This document shows, piece by piece, positions 58,189 to 64,000 of a stretch of 64,000 bases of DNA (position 1 is its first letter; each line of letters starts with the position of its first letter). The notes below the pieces were generated by a model. It saw nothing but the letters and a program-made list of their open reading frames with translations, had not been told where the DNA came from and searched no databases. The translations under genes were made by a program, and so were the position numbers. The stretch spans positions 137,806,737 to 137,870,736 of the forward strand of contig NC_052160.1 in the NCBI RefSeq assembly GCF_902713615.1, read 5' to 3'. This DNA is from Scyliorhinus canicula. Taxonomy: Eukaryota.

Positions 58189-58415
58189 TGATGCACGATC
58201 AATTGTACAAAGACTCAGATTGGGTACAACTGTGGCTTTATTGCAGTCAGATGCGTGGCCTCCTACAGCAGCTGGCGAAATGGCAGCTGCATAGAGGACA
58301 CACATATTTATACTCCTCTTCCTGGGCGGAGCCAGCAGGCAGGGGCTACTGGCGAACCTGTAATACAGGTCCTACCTTACATCCCCTAACACAGGTGTAA
58401 CAATGGTTCACCACA
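58189..58415 (-). mobile_element. Solo LTR (227 bp), same family as 4099-4325
   Basis: TG...CA termini, 5-bp TSD CCGAG. Confidence 0.85.
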
Positions 58416-59671
58416 CCGAGGCCTTGCAATGAGCCTCTCCTCCCCTGCATCTCACAATCTGTGTCTCTTCCCCGGGTCCTCCTCACTCTGCTCCCCATTC
58501 CCGTTTGGAGGTGCCGGAGTGGTATTCCGGTGTGCTCCAGCATCATTACATCACTAACGGAAGAGGAAGATGATAAGGGAGTTGTGGGATTCTTGAATTT
58601 TAAATAGGAGTATTAAATACAAAGTGTGAGGAGTTATGTTAACCCTTCACTTCTCACTGGTTAGGTCACTGGTTAGGTACTGTGTTCAACTCTGGGCAAC
58701 ACACTTGAGGGAGGAGGTCAAGCCCCTGGCGAGGGCACAGGACAGATTTACCAGGATGATACCAGGGATGTGGCAGTTTGGTTATGTGGGCAGATTGGAG
58801 ACATTGGGATTATTGTCCTTAGAGCAGAAAAGATAAAAGGGAAATTTAATAAAAGTATTGAAATTGAGGAAGGGTCTTATGCAGCAGGTGGAGAGTAATT
58901 ATTTCCTCTGGCTGGTGGATTGGTAACAAGAGATCATAGAGTTAAAATAGTTGGGAGAAAAAATAGTGGGTAAATGAGGAGATGTTATTTCACACATTAG
59001 GCTGTTATTATTTGGAATATACCAACTGGAATAGTCATGGAATAAGATTCATAATTCATAGGATATAAGAACAGAATTAGGCTATTTGGCCCATCGAGTC
59101 TGCTCCACCATTCTATCATAAGACCATAAGACATAGGAGTGGAAGTAAGGCCATTCGGCCCATCGAGTCCACTCCGCCATTCAATCATGGCTGACGGGCA
59201 TTTCAACTCCACCTACCAGCATTCTCCCCGTAGCCCTTAATTCCTCGCGACATCAAGAATTTATCTATCTCTGCCTTGAAGCCATTTAGCGTCCCGGCCT
59301 CCACTGCACTCCGCGGCAATGAATTCCACAGGCCCACCACTCTCTGGCTGAAGAAATGTCTCCGCATTTCTGTTCTGAATTTACCCCCTCTAATTCTAAG
59401 ACTGTGCCCACGGGTCCTCGTCTCCTCGCCTAACGGAAACAGTTTCTTTGCGTCCACCCTTTCTTAGCCATGTATTATCTTGTAAGTTTCTATTAGATCT
59501 CCCCTTAACCTTCTAAACTCAATGAATACAATCCCAGGATCCTCAGCCGTTCCTCATATGTTAGACTCGCCATTCCAGGGATCATCCGTGTGAATCTCCG
59601 CTGGACACGCTCCAGTGCCAGTATGTCCTTCCTGAGATGTGGGGCCCAAAACTGGTCACAATACTCCAAAT

Positions 59672-60007
59672 GGGGCCTCACGGTAGCATGGTGGTTAGCA
59701 TCAATGCTTCACAGCTCCAGGGTCCCAGGTTCGATTCCCGGCTGGGTCACTGTCTGTGTGGAGTCTGCACGTCCTCCCCATGTGTGCGTGGGTTTCCTCC
59801 GGGTGCTCCGGTTTCCTCCCACAGTCCAAAGATGTGCGGGTTAGGTGGATTGGCCATGCTAAATTTCCCGTAGTGTAAGGTTAATGGGGGGATTGTTGGG
59901 TTACGGGTATGCGGGGTACGTGGGTTTAAGTAGGGTGATCATTGCTCGGCACAACATCGAGGGCCGAAGGGCCTGTTCTGTGCTGTACTGTTCTATGTTC
60001 TATGTTC
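59672..60007 (+). mobile_element. HE1/V-SINE inserted in the CR1 ORF2
   Basis: Head, V-domain, tail ending (TTCTATG)n; opposite orientation to the host CR1. Confidence 0.88.
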
Positions 60008-62425
60008 TTATAAAGGCTCAGTAGCACATCGCTGCTTTTATATTCCAACCCTCTTGAGATAAATGACAACATTGCATTCGCTTTCTTAATCACGGATTCA
60101 ACCTGCATGTTTACCTTTAGGGAATCCTCGACTAGCACTCCCAGATCCCTTTGTACTTTGGCATTATGAATTTTCTCACCGTTTAGAAAGTAGTCTATGC
60201 TTGGATTCTTTTTTCCAAAGTGCAAGACCTCATATTTTCTCACGTTGAATTGCATCAGCCATTTCCTGCACCACTCTCCCAAACTGTCTAGATCCTTCTG
60301 CAGCCTCCCCACTTCCTCAGCACTACCTGCCTGACCACCTAACTTCGTATCATCGGCAAACTTCGCTAGAATGCCCCCAGTCCCTTCATCCAGATCATTA
60401 ATATATGGTGAACAGCTGCGGCCCCAACACTGAACCCTGTGGGACACCGCTGGTCACCGGCTGCCATTCCGAAAAAGAACCTTTTATCCCAACTCTCTGC
60501 CTTCTGTCAGACAGCCAATCCTCAACCCATGCCAGTAGCTCACCTCGAACACCATGGGCCCTCACCTTACTCAGCAGCCTCCTGTGTGGCACCTTATCAA
60601 AGGCCTTTTGGAAATCCAGATAGACCACATCCACTGGGTTTCCCTGGTCTAACGTACTTGTCACCTCCTCAAAGAATTCTAACAGGTTCGTCAGGCACAA
60701 CCTCCCCTTACTAAATCCATGTTGACTTGTTCTAATCCGACACTGCTCTTCCAAGAATTTAGAAATCTCATCCTTAACGATCGATTCTAGAATTTTACCA
60801 ACAACCGAGGTTAGGCTAATTGGCCTATAATTTTCCATCTTTTGTCTTGATCCTTTCTTGAACAAGGGGGTTACAACAGCGATCTTCCAATCGTCCGGGA
60901 CTTTCCCTGACTCCAGTGATTTTTGAAAGATCTCAACCAACGCTTCCGCTATTTCTTCAGCCACCTCTCTCAGAACTCTAGGGTGTAGCCCATCGGGGCC
61001 AGGAGATTTGTCAATTTTAAGACCTTTTAGCTTTTTTAGCACCATCTCTTTTGTAATGGCAACCATACTCAACTCAGCCCCCTGACCCTCTATAATTTTT
61101 GGGATATTACTCATGTCTTCCACTGGGAAGACAGACGCAAAGTACTTATTAAGTTCTCCAGCCATTTCCTCGTCTCCCATCACTAGCCTTCCGGAATCAG
61201 TTTGAATTGGCCCCATGTCTACTTTGGCCTGTCGTTTGTTTCTTATGTATTGAAAGAAACTTTTACTATCATTTCTTATATTACTGGCTAGCCTGCCTTC
61301 ATATTTGATCCTCTCCTTCCTTATTTGTCTCTTTGTTAACCTGTTTGTTTTTGTAGCCTTCCCAATCTTCTGATTTCCCAGTGCTTTTGGCCACTTTATA
61401 GGATCTTCTTTTTCTTTGATACATTTCCTGACCTCCTTTGTCAGCCATGGTTGTCTAATCCCTCCCCGGATAATCTTTCTTTTCTTGGGGATGAACCTCT
61501 GTACAGTGTCCTCAATTATGCATACAAACTCCTGCCATTTTTGCTCTTTATTTATTTAACTGTAACACCATTACATCCGATTTTGCCTTCTCTCTTTCAA
61601 ACTGCAGACTGAACTCAACCATATTATGATCGCTGCTTCCTAAGTGTTCCCTTACTTTAAGATCTTTTATAAAGTCTGGTTCATTACATAGCACTAGGTC
61701 CAGAATAGCCTGCTCCCTTGTGGGCTCCATGACAAGCTGTTCCAAAAAGCCATTTTGTAAGCATTCCATGAATTCCTTTTCTTTGGATCCACTGGATACG
61801 TTATTTACCCAATCCACCTGCATATTGAAGTCCCCCATGATCACCGTGACCTTGCCTTTCTGACATGCCTTTTCTATTTCCCGGTACATGTTGCGCCCCT
61901 GGTCCTGACCACTGTTAGGAGGTCTGTACATAACTCCCATTATGGTTTTTTTGCCTTTGTGGTTCCTCAATTCTACCCACACAGACTCCACATCATCCGA
62001 CCCTATGTCGTTTAGTGCCATAGATTTAATTTTGTTCTTAACTAACAAGGCAACCCCACCCCCTCGGCCCACCTCCCTGTCTTTTCGATAGGTTGTATAT
62101 CCTTGGATGTTTAACTGCCAGTCCTGAACCCCCTGCAGCCATGTCTCTATGATGCCTACCACATCATAATCATTCATGATGATCTGTGCCATTAGTTCGT
62201 CTACTTTGTTACAAATGCTACGAGCATTCAGGTAAAGTGCCTTAATGCTAACTTTCTTATCATTACAGATATTGGAAGTCCTAAGATGTCCAAAGTTATC
62301 CTTCCTTTCTGTTGCATTCCTAGTCTGCCTCAAGCTTAAATCCACCTGCCTACATGTTATCCTCCTGTGTATCTTGCCATTTAACCCCATGCTCCCTGTC
62401 GCTTTCACTTTCCCTTCCCCCCAAC

Positions 62426-63385
62426 TCAGAAGTTTAAAGTCCTACTGACCACCCTATTTATCCTCTTCGCTAGAACACTGGTTCCAGATCGGTTCAGGTG
62501 GAGACCATCCCAACGGTACAGATCCCCCCGGTTCCAAAACTGATGCCAATGTCCCATGAAGTGGAATCCCTCTTTCCCACACCAATCCCTTAGCCACGTG
62601 TTTACTTCCCTAATTTTCTTATCCCTATACCAATTGGCACGTGGCTCGGGCAGTAATCTGGAGATTATGACCCTTGAGGACCTGTATTTCAATTTTCTTC
62701 CTCGTGCTTGATAGTCCCCGAACAGGTCCTCCACCCTAGCTTTACCTATGTTGTTAGTCCCAATGTGGACCACAACAACTGGATCCTCCCCCTCCCGCTC
62801 CAATATCCTTTCAAGCCGGTCAGAGATTTCCCGCACCCTGGCACCGGGCAGGCAACACACCATGTGAGACTCCCGATCCGGCTTGCATAGGATACTATCT
62901 GTCCCCCTAATTATAGAATCCCCTATAACAACTACTTGTCTTTTTACTCCCCCCTCTTGAATGGCCTTCTGCACCATGGTACCGTGGTCAGCTGGCTCAT
63001 CCTGTCCAGAGCCCTTTTCCTCATCCATACAGGGAGCAAGAGTCTCATACCTGTTGGACAAGGTCAAGGGCTGAGGCTCCTGCACTCCTGAACTCAGGTT
63101 CCCCCTGCCTGCCTCACTTACAGTCACACTCTGAAGTCCCTGATCACTTACTGAATGTGAATTACTTAATCTCCCAGGTGTGACTGCCTCCTGAAACAAA
63201 GTGTCCAGGTAGCTCTCCCCCTCCCGGATGTGCCGCAGTGTTTGAAGCTCAGATTCCAGATCATCAACTCTGAGCCGGAGTTCTTCCAGCAACCAACACT
63301 TGCTGCAGATGTGGTCATTGCCATTCACAAGGGGAACAGCCAGCTCCCACATCATACAGCTACAGCACATCACCTGCCCAGCCAT
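62426..63385 (-). CDS. CR1 ORF1 (Zn finger, coiled coil, SGNH/GDSL esterase), 319 aa, intact
   Basis: CCSCMMW...HICSKC; VVIGDSIIRG; VHIGTNN; DGLHLN. Confidence 0.88.
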   Translation of the reverse strand: MAGQVMCCSCMMWELAVPLVNGNDHICSKCWLLEELRLRVDDLESELQTLRHIREGESYLDTLFQEAVTPGRLSNSHSVSDQGLQSVTVSEAGRGNLSSGVQEPQPLTLSNRYETLAPCMDEEKGSGQDEPADHGTMVQKAIQEGGVKRQVVVIGDSIIRGTDSILCKPDRESHMVCCLPGARVREISDRLERILEREGEDPVVVVHIGTNNIGKARVEDLFGDYQARGRKLKYRSSRVIISRLLPEPRANWYRDKKIREVNTWLRDWCGKEGFHFMGHWHQFWNRGDLYRWDGLHLNRSGTSVLAKRINRVVSRTLNF

Positions 63386-63934
63386 CTCTGATTAGTTAAT
63401 TACTTTATTACTTTGTATAAATTTCCGTTAAAAAAAAAACTTGGATACCTCTGCTATAGTCTTTTCCAACCTAGTTCTGGTTAACAAATAAGAAAAAGAA
63501 AAATAATAATGTAATAAGGCACTCACCTGCTCACCCCAATGGGTCTTATTATTAGGTTAGAGGAGGAGGGCGGGTGGGAGACACTACACGTGTAGTGTCT
63601 CGGGTTTCATCTCCACCAGAATTTATTGACTAGGGAGGGGTAAACCTTCCCAGAAGTCCGCGGGACAAACTTCCTGTTTCCTGCAAAGGTAAGTAATTTA
63701 AACTTACAACTCACCTCCCGACAGGCTCAGCACCTGCCGGTATCCAATGGCTGGCCGCTGCTCCTGCAATGAAATTTACAAATCTACTCACCAGCTGATA
63801 CTGTCCCAGCTCCCGCCGAAATCCAACTGGCTGTCATGTCCCTCATCTGTTACCTACAATGTTACAGACCAAGAGCGAGATTGCAGAATCAGCCGGAGCA
63901 TCTCCTCCCTGGAATACACGACCTCGGGGCGGGA

Positions 63935-64000
63935 GTGGGGAATTTACCCTCCTGAGCCCAACACCCTCACTGTGATCGTGGCTGATCCCATCCTGGCCTC
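63935..64000 (+). repeat. Start of a segment paralogous to 1605-1670 (intron 1 of gene 1)
   Basis: GGGGAATTTA(C/G)CCTCC(T/C)GAGCCCAACACCCTCA(C/A)TGTGATCGTGGCTGATCCCATCCTGGCCTC shared. Confidence 0.9.

Larger units (their letters stand above)
59120..63700 (-). mobile_element. CR1 LINE, near full length, ORF2 disrupted
   Basis: ORF1 62426-63385; ORF2 pieces 61548-62408, 60398-61216, 59926-60447, 59203-59457; (CATAAGA)n tail at ~59115-59135; 5' boundary approximate. Confidence 0.92.

Noticed and set aside
24803-59760. tRNA genes suggested by A/B-box-like sequences
   Set aside because: All are tRNA-derived SINE heads followed by V or Deu domains; no cloverleaf

Overview
Eukaryotic, TE-dense vertebrate genomic DNA. 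The SINE/LINE repertoire (HE1/V-SINEs, Deu-domain SINEs, CR1, Penelope) points to a cartilaginous fish, probably a shark (inference). The host content is a + strand tandem array of at least three paralogous multi-exon genes for a type I membrane receptor with two V-type Ig domains of CD300/pIgR-like architecture: leader, V1, V2, short glycosylated stalk, TM carrying an Arg (IFRW), and a very short tail. Gene 1 (V1 2393 to polyA ~26844) lacks its leader in this window. Gene 2 (30527-44282) splices into an intact 284-aa ORF. Gene 3 shows only its promoter and leader (52857-52896); its V1 is predicted just past the window end. The membrane-distal V1 differs at 30/110 residues between genes 1 and 2 with only 3 purely silent codon changes, whereas V2 and flanking introns differ by about 4-5%, which suggests diversifying selection. 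Introns hold a three-level nest (Gypsy containing a Rex/Babar LINE containing another Gypsy), a CR1 with intact ORF2, a near-full-length CR1, a third Gypsy, solo LTRs with TSDs, a MULE-type MITE inside an AT satellite, Harbinger-like MITEs, a Penelope fragment and several minisatellites. A ~1.5-kb inverted duplication brackets the gene 2 promoter and leader. Family assignments come from motif recognition only; no database search was run, and difference counts were done by eye.
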